Positions 10,589 to 21,485 of a DNA stretch of 64,000 bases are shown here, in pieces (the stretch's first letter is position 1; each line of letters opens with the position of its first letter). The position numbers and the translations under genes are program-made. The notes beneath the pieces were generated by a model. It was not told the DNA's origin. It worked only from the letters and a program-made list of their open reading frames with translations, and ran no database searches. Origin of the DNA: an uncultured Verrucomicrobiae bacterium (GTDB taxonomy: Bacteria > Chlamydiota > Chlamydiia > Chlamydiales > Rhabdochlamydiaceae); NCBI GenBank assembly GCA_963806855.1, contig CAWDYW010000003.1, forward strand, positions 640,001-704,000, given 5' to 3'.

Positions 10589-12457
10589 TTATTCCGCATC
10601 TTGATACCTCAGCTTGATTTCACCGATCACTGAGGGATCGGAGAGGGTCGTTGTATCGCCCGCAATCCTTCCTTCAGCGATATCGCGCAGCAGCCTGCGC
10701 ATGATTTTGCCACTGCGAGTTTTCGGTAGATCGCAAATAAAAATGATCTTCTCTGGCCTCGCGATCGCGCCGATTTTCTTGACCACATGCTGCTTCAAGA
10801 TATCCTCTAGCTCTGAGAAGTGCGTCGTCTTTTCTTTGAGCGTCACGAAAGCGCTGATGCCCATCCCCTTGATCGGATGAGCAGTCGCAATCACAGCAGC
10901 TTCGGCGACACCCTGATAATCGACTAGAGCACTTTCGATCTCCATCGTCCCGAGCCGGTGCCCCGAAACGTTGATCACATCATCGACTCGCCCCGAAAGC
11001 CAATAGTAGCCCTCCGGATCCCGTTTCGCCCCATCGCCAGTGAAGTAATATTTCCCCCCAAACTTCTTCCAATAGGTCTCCCGGAATCTCTGCGGATCGC
11101 CATGTATGCCTCGGAGCATCGAGGGCCAAGGGGAGGTGATCACCAAATAGCCGGAATCTTCCGGCTCTCCCACTTCATTCACGATAGCCACATCGATGCC
11201 TGGCAGAGGGTGGGTGGCGCTGCCCGGTTTGAGCGGCATTTGCCCCGGAATCGGAGCGATCATGATGCTGCCGGTCTCTGTTTGCCACCAGGTATCGACA
11301 ATCGGGCAATTTCCCCGTCCAATATGATCGTGATACCACATCCAAGCCTCAGGGTTTATCGGCTCGCCGACCGATCCCAAAAGGCGCAGCGAAGAGAGAT
11401 CGCACCCATTTGGCCACTCTTCCCCCCACTTCATGAAAGTGCGGATCGCTGTCGGGGCGGTATAGAGGATCGTCACCCCATATTTTTCAATGAGTTCCCA
11501 GAAACGGTTGCGCTCGGGAAAATCGGGGGCCCCTTCATAGAGCAGCTCGGTCATTCCATTCGAGAGTGGGCCATAGACCACATAGCTATGCCCCGTCACC
11601 CAACCGATATCGGCCGTGCACCAGTAAATGTCAGAGGGTTTTATGTCGAACACCCAGCGGGTGGTCATCGTCGCCCCGACGAGATAGCCGCCCGTCGTGT
11701 GGACGATCCCTTTTGGTTTGCCAGTTGTGCCCGACGTGTATAAAATATACAATTCATCCTCGGCATCCATCTCTTCGGGAGGGCACTCGTCCGCAGCCCC
11801 CAGCATCAAATCGTCATACCAGTGATCGCGGCCAGCTTGCATTGAAATAACTTGGCCCGTGTGCTGCAAAACAACCACATTCTGCACAGGAGGTGACCCT
11901 GCAAGCGCAAGGTCTGCCGTCTCCTTTAGCGGAACAATTTTGCCTTTGCGAAACCCCCCATCGGCCGTAATAAGCAGTTTCGCATCAGCGTCGAGGATCC
12001 GGTCCTTTAGCGAATCGGCAGAAAACCCTCCAAAAACTACCGTATGGACAGCGCCGATCCTAGCGCAGCTAAGCATCGCGACAACAGCTTCTGGCACCAG
12101 CGGCAGATAGATCGCCACCTTATCGCCCTTCTTAACGCCGAAACTTTTCAAGACATTGCTAAATTTGCATACCAGGCGATAGAGCTCTTCATAGCTGATT
12201 GCCCGCTCTTCGCCCCTTTCTCCTTCCCAGAGCAGCGCCGTCTTTTTTGCCACTGGCGTCCCCATATGCCTGTCGAGACAGTTATAGCAAGCATTCAACT
12301 TGCCTCCGACAAACCACTTGGCAAACGGAGGATTCCAGTCGAGCACCTTCTCCCAGGGGGAAAACCAATCCAGACATTCCGCTTGCCTCGCCCAAAAGGC
12401 CTCCCGATCCACCGCAGCTTCCTCATAAAGCTCAGTTACCATACTAGCGATCACCAT
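10589..12457 (-). CDS. acs: Acetyl-CoA synthetase (AMP-forming)
   Basis: [37 protein letters not shown]; start chosen by the AGGTGG RBS. Confidence 0.95.
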   Translation of the reverse strand: MVIASMVTELYEEAAVDREAFWARQAECLDWFSPWEKVLDWNPPFAKWFVGGKLNACYNCLDRHMGTPVAKKTALLWEGERGEERAISYEELYRLVCKFSNVLKSFGVKKGDKVAIYLPLVPEAVVAMLSCARIGAVHTVVFGGFSADSLKDRILDADAKLLITADGGFRKGKIVPLKETADLALAGSPPVQNVVVLQHTGQVISMQAGRDHWYDDLMLGAADECPPEEMDAEDELYILYTSGTTGKPKGIVHTTGGYLVGATMTTRWVFDIKPSDIYWCTADIGWVTGHSYVVYGPLSNGMTELLYEGAPDFPERNRFWELIEKYGVTILYTAPTAIRTFMKWGEEWPNGCDLSSLRLLGSVGEPINPEAWMWYHDHIGRGNCPIVDTWWQTETGSIMIAPIPGQMPLKPGSATHPLPGIDVAIVNEVGEPEDSGYLVITSPWPSMLRGIHGDPQRFRETYWKKFGGKYYFTGDGAKRDPEGYYWLSGRVDDVINVSGHRLGTMEIESALVDYQGVAEAAVIATAHPIKGMGISAFVTLKEKTTHFSELEDILKQHVVKKIGAIARPEKIIFICDLPKTRSGKIMRRLLRDIAEGRIAGDTTTLSDPSVIGEIKLRYQDAE

Positions 12458-12530
12458 AAACCACCTAAATTTCCTCAAAGATAACAAAAAATTGGAAAAA
12501 ACCCTATAGTATTTGGCATATGGAGGACAC

Positions 12531-13337
12531 ATGAACCTGAAAATTTTTGCCTATCTAATTCTATTTTTTCTCCCAATTGTTGCTCGAGCGACGATTGTTG
12601 AAACAACGACTATCGAAGCGGTTATCCCCTTGATAGATGAGGAAACCTGGGTTGTCGTCGACCTTGACAACACCACCTTTGAGGGCAAGCAGGCCTTTGG
12701 GCACACAGAATGGTTTTACGACAAAGCCTATGCGATCATGGAAGAAGGCCTGACACTCGATGAGGCGACTCGAATCTGTTATCCCGAATGGATCGAAATC
12801 CAAAAAAAATGTCCAGTAAAACCAGTTGAACCGGCTTTCATTCATGCTTTAGGGATGTTCCAGGAAAGGGGCAACATCGTCATGGCACTTACCCATCGAC
12901 AGCCCTCTCTAGCTGAAGCGACGCTGCGGCAAATCAACTCACTAGACCTTGACTTTCAGCTCACAGCACCCGAGCCAGACACCTTGGTTGTTCCTTCGGA
13001 TACTCCCACACTCTATATTGAAGGGGTCTTATTCACTGGAGAGTACAATAAAAAGGGAGAGATTTTTGTCCGATTTTTGTCGATGATTAACAAGAAGCCA
13101 AAGAAAGTCCTTTTTATCGATGACAAACGGAGTCATGTTGAAGATGTGAAAAGGGCTCTGACCAACGAAAATATCGACTACATCGGAGTCCACTACACGG
13201 CGAACAATCATGTCGAAAAAGTCTATTCTCGTGAGCTTGCCGAACTCCAGAGAAAGTACTTCAATACCATCCTCAGCAATGAAGCAGCGCTTCTGCTGAT
13301 GCAACATGAACTCGACCAATCTTCTGAATCTGAATAG
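12531..13337 (+). CDS. DUF2608-like HAD-fold exported protein
   Basis: GGAGG RBS, signal peptide, DLDNT, ALTHR, KG, FIDD motifs. Confidence 0.75.
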   Translation: MNLKIFAYLILFFLPIVARATIVETTTIEAVIPLIDEETWVVVDLDNTTFEGKQAFGHTEWFYDKAYAIMEEGLTLDEATRICYPEWIEIQKKCPVKPVEPAFIHALGMFQERGNIVMALTHRQPSLAEATLRQINSLDLDFQLTAPEPDTLVVPSDTPTLYIEGVLFTGEYNKKGEIFVRFLSMINKKPKKVLFIDDKRSHVEDVKRALTNENIDYIGVHYTANNHVEKVYSRELAELQRKYFNTILSNEAALLLMQHELDQSSESE

Positions 13338-13356
13338 AGAGAAATTGAGTTATCGT

Positions 13357-13700
13357 ATGCGCAAGTACCATCACTATGGAATTCCGACAACGGAGAAAAG
13401 ACCTGACGAAAGCTATGTCGAAGGGGGAGAATACAAATTTTATACCACTCCATTCGATGCCAACAAAAGATCGTCACTAAAATTCCCCATATCGGACTAC
13501 AAGTAGACAATCTCGATGAAGAGCTCATAGGGTGCAAAGTCTTATTTGGCCCCTATGAGCCTCTCAAAGGTTACCGCGTTGCCATGATTGAAGAAGAAGG
13601 GGTTCTGATCGAACTGATCGAGACCTTCCTAACCGATAAAGAATTGACCAAGCTCGAAAGAGCAAAGCTCGACCAATCCTCAGAACCTAAAACTCAATGA
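13357..13700 (+). pseudogene. VOC/glyoxalase-like protein with an internal deletion and frameshift
   Basis: MRKYHHYGIPT... continues in another frame as IPHIGLQVDNLDEEL...RVAMIEEEGVLIELIE; the usual middle segment appears missing near 13470. Confidence 0.65.
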
Positions 13701-14753
13701 GACATAAGGACCATTGAGAGAGAAGTTGCTCTGCACATGCTTCATGCTCCCGGTCGACAGCGATCCCAATTCTAGAGGGAGGACATTCTCATTTGTCTCA
13801 TAGCCGCTGAGAGGATTCAAGTAGATAACTCCCATATAGCCCGCCTCCAAAATCAGGTGATAACAGTCGCAGAAGCAATAATCATAGGCAAGTCCCAAGT
13901 GGGCATCGAACGCGAAAACCGTATTGGAGACCCTCTTGCTGCTTATATGTTCCCGATTGACCGCAATGTCCACTGCCTCAAGGGCTTCGGATGAGCCTCC
14001 AAAATGGTACTGTGCTGGTTGCATGCGGCCAAAAAGCAAGGCAGGGGCCATCTCGCCTATGAATTGAAGGCCGCCGCACAGTTCAAATCTGCTCGAGAGG
14101 CCGAGCCGAGGGCCGATTCCCCAAAAAGTCGACTTATTGTTGAAAGTGATCAGAGGAGGGGCTGGATCCCCATCAAATTCAGAAGTTAGATGCTCCTCAA
14201 TGTTGGCACCGGTTAACCCTGTGAATAGCCGCACCTTGACTCTACAACCTAAATTGAGATAAATGCCTAGATCGAGATTGACCACATCATAGTGGAATTT
14301 CACTTTTCCGCGCGCATGGGTTAATTCACCTACACCTGTTGAATCGTAGTGAGTATCGGCAGTCCCTGGGCCAGTTTGGCAAAAGGGAGAGACCCATTGC
14401 AGAACAGGGGTCACCGTAGTCGACTGGGAATCGGAAGTTCGCAGATGGGCCCAATCGAGATTGAGATCAATCCCATTGTCGCAGAAGAAATAACGTGCTC
14501 CCACTTCAAAACCAGCTTGATAATCGGGATCGATCGCTTGAATACTCCAATTTGGGGTGAAAAAGGGGAGAAAATCGGTGACGGCGCTCCATCCTAAATT
14601 TTCTGCATAAGGTTTTAGGAAAAGGGCCCCACCGCTTACTTCAAAGTTAGAATCGAGCTGCGGGACATAGACAGGACTATCACAACAAGTCTCATTTGCG
14701 ACACAAACTGCTGGGATTCCAAGGGTGAGGACTAATTTTGCAAGATTTTTCAT
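13680..14753 (-). CDS. Lpg1974-family pore-forming outer-membrane protein
   Basis: Signal peptide, ALFLKP, GIGPRLG, LEAGY, GPYVSLSFRF terminal Phe. Confidence 0.85.
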   Translation of the reverse strand: MKNLAKLVLTLGIPAVCVANETCCDSPVYVPQLDSNFEVSGGALFLKPYAENLGWSAVTDFLPFFTPNWSIQAIDPDYQAGFEVGARYFFCDNGIDLNLDWAHLRTSDSQSTTVTPVLQWVSPFCQTGPGTADTHYDSTGVGELTHARGKVKFHYDVVNLDLGIYLNLGCRVKVRLFTGLTGANIEEHLTSEFDGDPAPPLITFNNKSTFWGIGPRLGLSSRFELCGGLQFIGEMAPALLFGRMQPAQYHFGGSSEALEAVDIAVNREHISSKRVSNTVFAFDAHLGLAYDYCFCDCYHLILEAGYMGVIYLNPLSGYETNENVLPLELGSLSTGSMKHVQSNFSLNGPYVSLSFRF

Positions 14754-15322
14754 CGATTTCCTTCAGTGATTCTCTCACGCTGCTTTGGTGGGTTATAGTT
14801 GTAGAATTTGCTGGTGTCCAAATTGGCTTGGATCCAGGAAGCTGGAATCAAAAAGAAGAAAAAGCGGCTCTTGTAGATGCCATCACCCTGATTGAAAACT
14901 GGGTTGCGCGAGTCCCAATAGTAGAGGAAATCTTCAGCTTTGACGATCGCAGTTGTATACCCGTCATTCCACAGACAAAATAGTTTCAGGATATATTTGG
15001 TGATGATCCCGACCAAATCGTTATCATAATAGGCCTGCTTATTTTCAATAGCGAGAGCGATGCGCTGCTTTACTTCGGAGATACGATTGAGTTGCCATTG
15101 CCTAGCTTTAATGACCGTCTCATTTGAAGCTTGACTATCCAAAATCGGGTTGCAGCGGTTGATCACTTCGATGACATCGCTGGCCAAGCCCACAAGATTG
15201 GTCAGACTTTTCCCTTTGGCATATTGCTGGATATTGACAGGGTTAGTTTGTTCAAAGAAAGAGCGGAAAGTGTTTTCTTGGGACTCGCCTAGAAAGTGGG
15301 GTTTTAATTCAGCCGTGTGCAT
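14750..15322 (-). CDS. Hypothetical protein
   Basis: 190-codon ORF with GGAGG RBS; overlaps the porin start by 4 nt. Confidence 0.6.
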   Translation of the reverse strand: MHTAELKPHFLGESQENTFRSFFEQTNPVNIQQYAKGKSLTNLVGLASDVIEVINRCNPILDSQASNETVIKARQWQLNRISEVKQRIALAIENKQAYYDNDLVGIITKYILKLFCLWNDGYTTAIVKAEDFLYYWDSRNPVFNQGDGIYKSRFFFFLIPASWIQANLDTSKFYNYNPPKQRERITEGNR

Positions 15323-15425
15323 GAGTTCCTCCAAAAAGAAAAATTTTACTTTACTATCAGATTATTTTTCAACGAATCATTGGGAAAAATGGACCTTCTG
15401 CGATATGATTTTAGAGAGGATAAAA

Positions 15426-15929
15426 ATGCATACATCTGAACACTTACCACATAGCTCTAAAACAGAAATGAGATTGCAATGGATAGCAATCATGTTCATG
15501 GCAATTGGGCTGATCATATCGATTCATCATCATTCTCAACTTATCAAAGCAGAGCGAATTAAGAGTGAACTTACCTCATACCTTCATCTAGACGATCGCT
15601 ATCATAAACTCATTTTCACTCTCCTTCAGAATGATCCGGATGTTTTCCAAAAGAATGATGACCTTTCTTTACAGAAAAATAAATATCTTCTCTATGAACT
15701 ATTTGAACTCTTCGCAACGGTAGAGACTCTAAAAAGCTATTTTCAAGAACTCAATGAAGATACCTGGCCCATTTGGAACAAAAGAATTGAGTTCCTATTT
15801 TCGAAGCCCGCTGTCAACTATGCTTGGGAAGAGCGTCAGAGATATGCTGATAAGATTTACAGTCCCGAATTTCTCAAGCATATCGAAAACATCATCGCCG
15901 AGCGCCCTTCTGAGGATCTGATTCGCTAA
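15426..15929 (+). CDS. Hypothetical protein with a single N-terminal TM anchor
   Basis: GAGG RBS before MHTSEH; WIAIMFMAIGLIISI TM followed by a helical domain. Confidence 0.65.
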   Translation: MHTSEHLPHSSKTEMRLQWIAIMFMAIGLIISIHHHSQLIKAERIKSELTSYLHLDDRYHKLIFTLLQNDPDVFQKNDDLSLQKNKYLLYELFELFATVETLKSYFQELNEDTWPIWNKRIEFLFSKPAVNYAWEERQRYADKIYSPEFLKHIENIIAERPSEDLIR

Positions 15930-16137
15930 AATTCCTTTTGATTTTCTCCCCAATTGCGATAAAAGAAAAAAAGTTTTGGTCGTCTTTTGAGATGCAACAA
16001 TCTTATATTTAGCATGTTGTGAGTTTTGTATGAATATTTTTTATGTGGCGAAAGTTGGATATTGTCCAAGTAATGACATGCAAATTAATCATACAAGTGT
16101 TTTCCTATATAAATAAGAGCAAGAAAAGTAGGTATTG

Positions 16138-17176
16138 ATGGGTTCAAAGCATTTATTAAAGTTGAGTCAGCTTCCTCCAGATGAGAAAACGGAAGGGGGG
16201 CTGCGGATCAAGGCCAACAAAAAGAATTTCCCAATTCTTCGAGGGATGTCCCTTTATAAGCTCATTCTTAATCCGCAAGGGATTCGGGAGCCTCATTGGC
16301 ATGCGAATGCAGATGAATTAGGCTACTGTTTGAGCGGGGAAGTGCTTGGTCTCTCTCTATAATACCGGCGATACCAAAGCGACTTTTCTGATCCAAGCGG
16401 GCGATGTCTTCTTAATTCCCTCTGGCGCTCTCCACTGCATTGAAAATGTAGGGAAAGGAGCAGCGGAGTTAATCTTGTGCTTTTCCAATGAAGATACCGA
16501 AGATTTTCATCTCTCGAGTACGATTGGGATGTTTTCAGATGCGGTGCTCGGCAATACATGGAATGTGAAAAGCCAAGTGTTTAAGCAATTAAAACGCTCG
16601 CCAAATTATACGTTTGCCACCCTGCGGCACACCCCTCCTGTTGTCCCTGAGAATGCCCGTTATTCTTCACCCTATCGGCATCATTTAGAAGCCGCTCAGC
16701 CTCTGTTGATGAATGAAGGGGGATCTGCGAGGATGGCGCGCCATGACACTTGGCCGATTGTCAAACGACAGGCAATTTATTCGCTATTACTTACTGGAAT
16801 AGGGATGAGAGAACCGCATTGGCATCCTGAGACGGCAGAATTGGGATACGTCCATAAAGGCAAAGGGCGAATGTCAATCCAAAATCCATCTGGGGATGTC
16901 GACACCTACATCATGGAAGAGGGGGACATCTACTTTATTCCAAAGGCCTATCCCCATCATATCGAAAATCTCACAACCGATGCGCTCCATCTCTTAATCT
17001 TCTTCGATCAAGCGATGCCAGGTGATGTGGGATTCACCGGTAGCATTCGTTCTAACTCTGATGAGGTGCTCGCATCGACCCTCAACACAACGCCCGATTT
17101 TTTTGTCCAATTGCCCAAGTATGACGCCGACCTCTTCATCGTCCAAAAAGTCAATCCTCTCGACCCAATCAAATAA
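16138..17176 (+). CDS. Bicupin (oxalate decarboxylase-like); frameshift near 16349
   Basis: Two REPHWH...E cupin motifs plus HCIEN and HHIEN; removing one G joins the two ORFs. Confidence 0.85.
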
Positions 17177-17184
17177 AGGATGCC

Positions 17185-18012
17185 ATGCCAAAAGAATATC
17201 TTTGGACAAAGTCAAGAGCAAGGTTGCAATGGATCAGGACCAGTGGAGGTGAGGCTTATAATTGGCTCTTTCTGCCAGGAGGGCCGGGTCTTGGGTCTGA
17301 GTCCCTATTTCCCTTATTGGATATCCTTGAATTACCTGGAAATATATGGCGAATGGATCTGCCCGGCGATGGGTCGAATACCACCTCAGATATGAGCCAT
17401 TGGTCGCAAGCCCTCCTGGAGGCGACTGGAGCCTTAGACAATGTCATACTCGTAGGGCATTCAAGAGGAGGGATGTTTGCACTCGCAACTCCAGATTTAG
17501 AGAAGACATTAACAGGCCTTGTGCTGATGAACTCTGCTCCCGATATGTCTTGGCAAACTGACCTGGCAACGAAACTTGTTGATTTCCCCCTTCCCGAAGC
17601 AGATAGAGCGGAAGAGCAATATCGACAGCACCCAAATAATGCAACACTGCGTGAATGCATCATTACTGCGGCGCCTAGAATGTTTTTTACTGAAGAAGGA
17701 TTAAGAAAGGGGATCGAATTTATGGAGAAATTACCCTTTAATTATGAAGCTTGGCAATGGGCTGAAGAACATTTTGATCCCGGTTATCAAGCAGAGTGGA
17801 TTCCGCACATTCCCACGCTCATTTTATCTGGGGAAAAAGATATCGCCATCCCGATCAAATACTTTCGAGTAAGGAAAGAATATAAGCGGGGCAATATCCT
17901 CTTGAAAGAGATTGAGAATGCGGGTCATTTCCCCTGGATCGAAAATCCCCAAGGGGTCATCGCGGCATTTAATGAATATTTATCTTTTCTAAAAGCTTTT
18001 CAATCATTATAG
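17185..18012 (+). CDS. Alpha/beta hydrolase
   Basis: PGGPG, GHSRGG nucleophile elbow, GEKD, AGHFPW. Confidence 0.85.
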   Translation: MPKEYLWTKSRARLQWIRTSGGEAYNWLFLPGGPGLGSESLFPLLDILELPGNIWRMDLPGDGSNTTSDMSHWSQALLEATGALDNVILVGHSRGGMFALATPDLEKTLTGLVLMNSAPDMSWQTDLATKLVDFPLPEADRAEEQYRQHPNNATLRECIITAAPRMFFTEEGLRKGIEFMEKLPFNYEAWQWAEEHFDPGYQAEWIPHIPTLILSGEKDIAIPIKYFRVRKEYKRGNILLKEIENAGHFPWIENPQGVIAAFNEYLSFLKAFQSL

Positions 18013-18037
18013 ATGATATTTTTGCTAGGAGAGTAAC

Positions 18038-19234
18038 ATGCTGATGTGGTTTAGGATAAGTCTGTGGCTAATGCTCGCCATTCCTCTCATGGGTGAGAAT
18101 TATAAGGTTGCGGCGACCACAGATACGGTGACGCTGGGTCTTTTTACTTTAGACAAGCCCCCAGTGATCAAAGTCAAGTCGGGCGACACGGTTACATTAG
18201 AGACCTGGAATAGTTGTCTTCATGTCATGGTTTATAATAAAACAACCCCTGCAGAAGTGGCCAAATTCTACGTAGCTCATGATATCCAGAAGCGACGTGG
18301 CATGCATTCACTAACCGGGCCTGTTTATGTAGAGGGAGCGGAACCGGGCGATGTGCTAGAGATCCGGATTTTAGACATCAAAGTAAACGATTTTGGCTAT
18401 AACTTTTTGAGCCCCACCCAGGGGATTTTGTCAGAATTTACCAAGCCGAGGATCAAGTATTTCAAGCTTGATAAGAAAAATAACTCAACGGAGTTCTCTA
18501 AGGGGATCTGTCTGAATCTAAAACCCTTCCCTGGAATTATCGCCGTAGCGCCTCCTTTGGATTGGCCTAAGGGATGGCCTGTCAATTTGCCCAAAGCGAC
18601 GATGGGGCAACCTGTTAAAGGGGAGTTCAATTCTGTGCCTCCCGGGCCTTTTGGCGGCAACTTAGACCAGCCCGAGCTGCAAGCTGGCTCTATCCTCTTT
18701 CTCCCCGTTTTCCAAAAGGGAGGATTGGTCTGGACTGGAGACTCCCATGCAATGCAGAGCAATGGGGAAATCGATATAACCGCGTTAGAGACCTCTTATG
18801 AGGGGATCTCCCTACAATTTATTGTGCGCAAAGATTTAAAAGCCGCAGGCGTGCTCGATAAGACAAAGAGAAAAGGTGGGGATGCTTTCACCTGGCCAAT
18901 CATTGAGAACGAAAAGCACTGGATGATCGTGGGACTTAATACCGATCTTTTTGAGGCGATGAAACTTGCCTCGCGCAATGCGATTGACTTTTTAGTTCGG
19001 ACACAAGGGCTATCGCCAGAAGAGAGCTATCAATTTTTGAGCCTGGTAGGCGATTTTGAGATTGCCGAAGCCGTCAACGTAATCAAAAATGTCACGGTAC
19101 ACATCCCCAAAGAGGTCTTTAAAGGGACAGGAAAACCACTCACACTCTGTAAGGAAGGGGTATTTCCGTTGAAGGCGCCCATTATTAAAGAGCAGGCCTC
19201 TTGTGTACCGCAAGAAGGAATCACCGTGGAATAA
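18038..19234 (+). CDS. Acetamidase/formamidase family protein with signal peptide
   Basis: LTGPVYVEGAEPGD, GGNLD, GDSHAMQSNGE, TALE motifs. Confidence 0.85.
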   Translation: MLMWFRISLWLMLAIPLMGENYKVAATTDTVTLGLFTLDKPPVIKVKSGDTVTLETWNSCLHVMVYNKTTPAEVAKFYVAHDIQKRRGMHSLTGPVYVEGAEPGDVLEIRILDIKVNDFGYNFLSPTQGILSEFTKPRIKYFKLDKKNNSTEFSKGICLNLKPFPGIIAVAPPLDWPKGWPVNLPKATMGQPVKGEFNSVPPGPFGGNLDQPELQAGSILFLPVFQKGGLVWTGDSHAMQSNGEIDITALETSYEGISLQFIVRKDLKAAGVLDKTKRKGGDAFTWPIIENEKHWMIVGLNTDLFEAMKLASRNAIDFLVRTQGLSPEESYQFLSLVGDFEIAEAVNVIKNVTVHIPKEVFKGTGKPLTLCKEGVFPLKAPIIKEQASCVPQEGITVE

Positions 19235-19246
19235 AAAAGGACATTC

Positions 19247-19636
19247 ATGAAAAAACTCATAATTGCTGTTTTATTTTTTGCCACTACAGCCTTCGCTAAA
19301 CAGCTGGTGCTTGATAATCAAACATCTTATCCTGCGAAAAACCAAAAAATCGCCATTCAATGGGCCACCTCAGCACAAGAAGTCGATGAGAGCAACAAAG
19401 CTTTAATGTATGAAGAGAAACTCTCTCCCAAGTCAATCCAAGTCCTCAAGCAAAAGGGGAAAATCGACTTGAACATTCCCGAAGATGCGACCTATTTTCG
19501 CATAGTCGTCTGGTCTAAAGGGGATAGTGCTCCCGATTATTCGACCAACTGGATCGATATTGAGCCGGGGAAGATCTACACCCTTAAGACCGAACATCTC
19601 GTCCCCATCGTCCTTATGTCGGGAATGGGCTGCTAA
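19247..19636 (+). CDS. Exported hypothetical protein
   Basis: AAGGA RBS and MKKLIIAVLFFATTAFA signal peptide. Confidence 0.7.
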   Translation: MKKLIIAVLFFATTAFAKQLVLDNQTSYPAKNQKIAIQWATSAQEVDESNKALMYEEKLSPKSIQVLKQKGKIDLNIPEDATYFRIVVWSKGDSAPDYSTNWIDIEPGKIYTLKTEHLVPIVLMSGMGC

Positions 19637-20287
19637 AGCTGCTTTCAAAAATCTTTCCACCTTTCGGAAAGTGATCGAAATACGTCTGTTTTCTATAGGA
19701 AGCAAACCATGTTTCCATTTGTGCCTTAATTCCCCTTGGAATAAGAAAGCTGTTCCCTGCTCTTCATTCAAATAAAATCGACTTTCCTCACCGAGGGCTG
19801 GATTTTGGAAGAATAGGCTCTGCAGAGTGTCGGGTTCAACAATCAACCCGATAATCGATTCGCCAAAGTAGTACTTTCTATCTTCAGCCCGCAATGCCCA
19901 TTCTAAGTTCCTATCTATGTGCGGAGCAATTCCATCACCCGATTGATAAATTGTCAGAATAATGTTGTCATAATCCTCAGGACGGTCATTTTCATCTAGC
20001 TTTTCCTTGAATTTTTCGAATAACTGGTTGCGGATTTCGACAATAAAGGGGGGAATGGGCTTTTCCTCAAGCCGCCCCTCTTCGAGAGCAGGAAACACTT
20101 TCCCAAAGTCGATGGTCTCTCGATAGTAAGTAGCCTGATTCCATTGATGCCTAACCTCATTTTCAAGTGCCTCAATATTGCTCAAAAAAGATTCCGGTAG
20201 ATCGATTTTGAGAATGGTTAACGAGGAGACGCAGCCAAAAAGCTTAAGGGCGGAACAGAGAAGGACAAAGAATATAAAATGGCGCAT
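19433..20287 (-). CDS. AlkB-like 2OG-Fe(II) dioxygenase with signal peptide
   Basis: GIAPHID (HxD), WKHG, RRISITFR; the tail after FRKV overlaps the convergent gene by about 200 nt. Confidence 0.8.
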   Translation of the reverse strand: MRHFIFFVLLCSALKLFGCVSSLTILKIDLPESFLSNIEALENEVRHQWNQATYYRETIDFGKVFPALEEGRLEEKPIPPFIVEIRNQLFEKFKEKLDENDRPEDYDNIILTIYQSGDGIAPHIDRNLEWALRAEDRKYYFGESIIGLIVEPDTLQSLFFQNPALGEESRFYLNEEQGTAFLFQGELRHKWKHGLLPIENRRISITFRKVERFLKAALAAHSRHKDDGDEMFGLKGVDLPRLNIDPVGRIIGSTIPFRPDDYAKIGRIFGNVQVDFPLLLEDLD

Positions 20288-20294
20288 TAGAAAG

Positions 20295-21347
20295 CTATTC
20301 CCTCACAAATTCATCAGGTGAAAAGGAGCCAGTATCCAAAATATAACTAGTAACAAGCTCCGCTGGGGTCACATCAAAGGCCGGGTTATACACTGGAGCA
20401 TTTTTTGGACTCCAAATTACTTGCCCAAAGCTCCCTTTTGCACCGCGAACCTCATCTGGGGAGCGCTCCTCGATCTTGATTCCAGCGCCATTTGGGCAAT
20501 TGCGATCGATCGTCGTATAGGGTGCAACCACATGGAAGGGGATTTGATGGTGATGGGCCAATACGGCTAAAGAATAGGTGCCGATTTTGTTGGCAAAATC
20601 CCCATTCGCTGCAATCCGATCTGCTCCAACAAGAACGCGGTCGATCTTCCCTTGGCGCATAAGAGTGGCAGCCATACTGTCACAGATCAGCGTATAAGGA
20701 ATCCCGCTTTTTTCTAGTTCCCAGGCAGTTAGCCTTGCACCTTGAAGAAGAGGTCTAGTTTCGCAGGCATAAACATGGATCTTTTTATTCTGTGCATGAG
20801 CGGTTCGGATCACTCCAAGGGCTGTTCCAATGCCTGTTGCGGCAAGGCTTCCGGTATTGCAGATCGTTAAGATGGTTTCACCAGGTTCGATTAATGCTGC
20901 ACCAACATTGCCCATAGATGAGGATAACGAAACATCTTCATGGTAGATCTGTAAAGCAGTCTCGACAATAGCTTGCCGAAAATCTGCAGATCGATCCATA
21001 GCGACTAGTACCCGATCGATGCAATGGGATAAATTGACCGCTGTCGGCCGGGCATTTTTGAGGAGAATAGCCGCTGCTTCAATCCGTTCTCTAGATGCGC
21101 CTTGCTCGGCTAACTGGGAAAGGGCAAAAGTGGCTGATACTCCGATTAAGGGGGCGCCACGCACTTTCAATGAGGAAATAATCTCCACCATCTGCTCTGT
21201 AGTTTTTACCTCGATCCACTCTTCTTCCTGCGGAAGTTTTTGTTGATTCAAAATAAAAAAATTTCCCCGATCGTATCGAATGGCAAAGTCATTGACTGAT
21301 GCATGTAAGGTTGTAATAGCAATGATGAAAATTAGTAGTAGACGCAT
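20295..21347 (-). CDS. mtnA: S-methyl-5-thioribose-1-phosphate isomerase with a signal-like N-terminus
   Basis: VRGAPLIG, RPTAVNL, CNTGSLAT, ETRPLLQGARLT, GADRIAANGD, NKIGTY, NPAFDVTP. Confidence 0.92.
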   Translation of the reverse strand: MRLLLIFIIAITTLHASVNDFAIRYDRGNFFILNQQKLPQEEEWIEVKTTEQMVEIISSLKVRGAPLIGVSATFALSQLAEQGASRERIEAAAILLKNARPTAVNLSHCIDRVLVAMDRSADFRQAIVETALQIYHEDVSLSSSMGNVGAALIEPGETILTICNTGSLAATGIGTALGVIRTAHAQNKKIHVYACETRPLLQGARLTAWELEKSGIPYTLICDSMAATLMRQGKIDRVLVGADRIAANGDFANKIGTYSLAVLAHHHQIPFHVVAPYTTIDRNCPNGAGIKIEERSPDEVRGAKGSFGQVIWSPKNAPVYNPAFDVTPAELVTSYILDTGSFSPDEFVRE

Positions 21348-21485
21348 ATCGCTCCTTAAAAAGGCAAGATTGTAGAAATTAAGGACATGAAAGTCAAGAA
21401 GGCTTCCCAGAACTTTTTACATGGAAAAAAATGGCATTTTCCCTAATCGTAAAAATTGATTTGAAAAATACATTAGGGGGACTAG

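Noticed and set aside
19433..19636. 200 nt antisense overlap as a dual-coding region
   Set aside because: The AlkB fold ends at FRKV; the tail is more likely stop-codon loss or an indel than a functional overlap.
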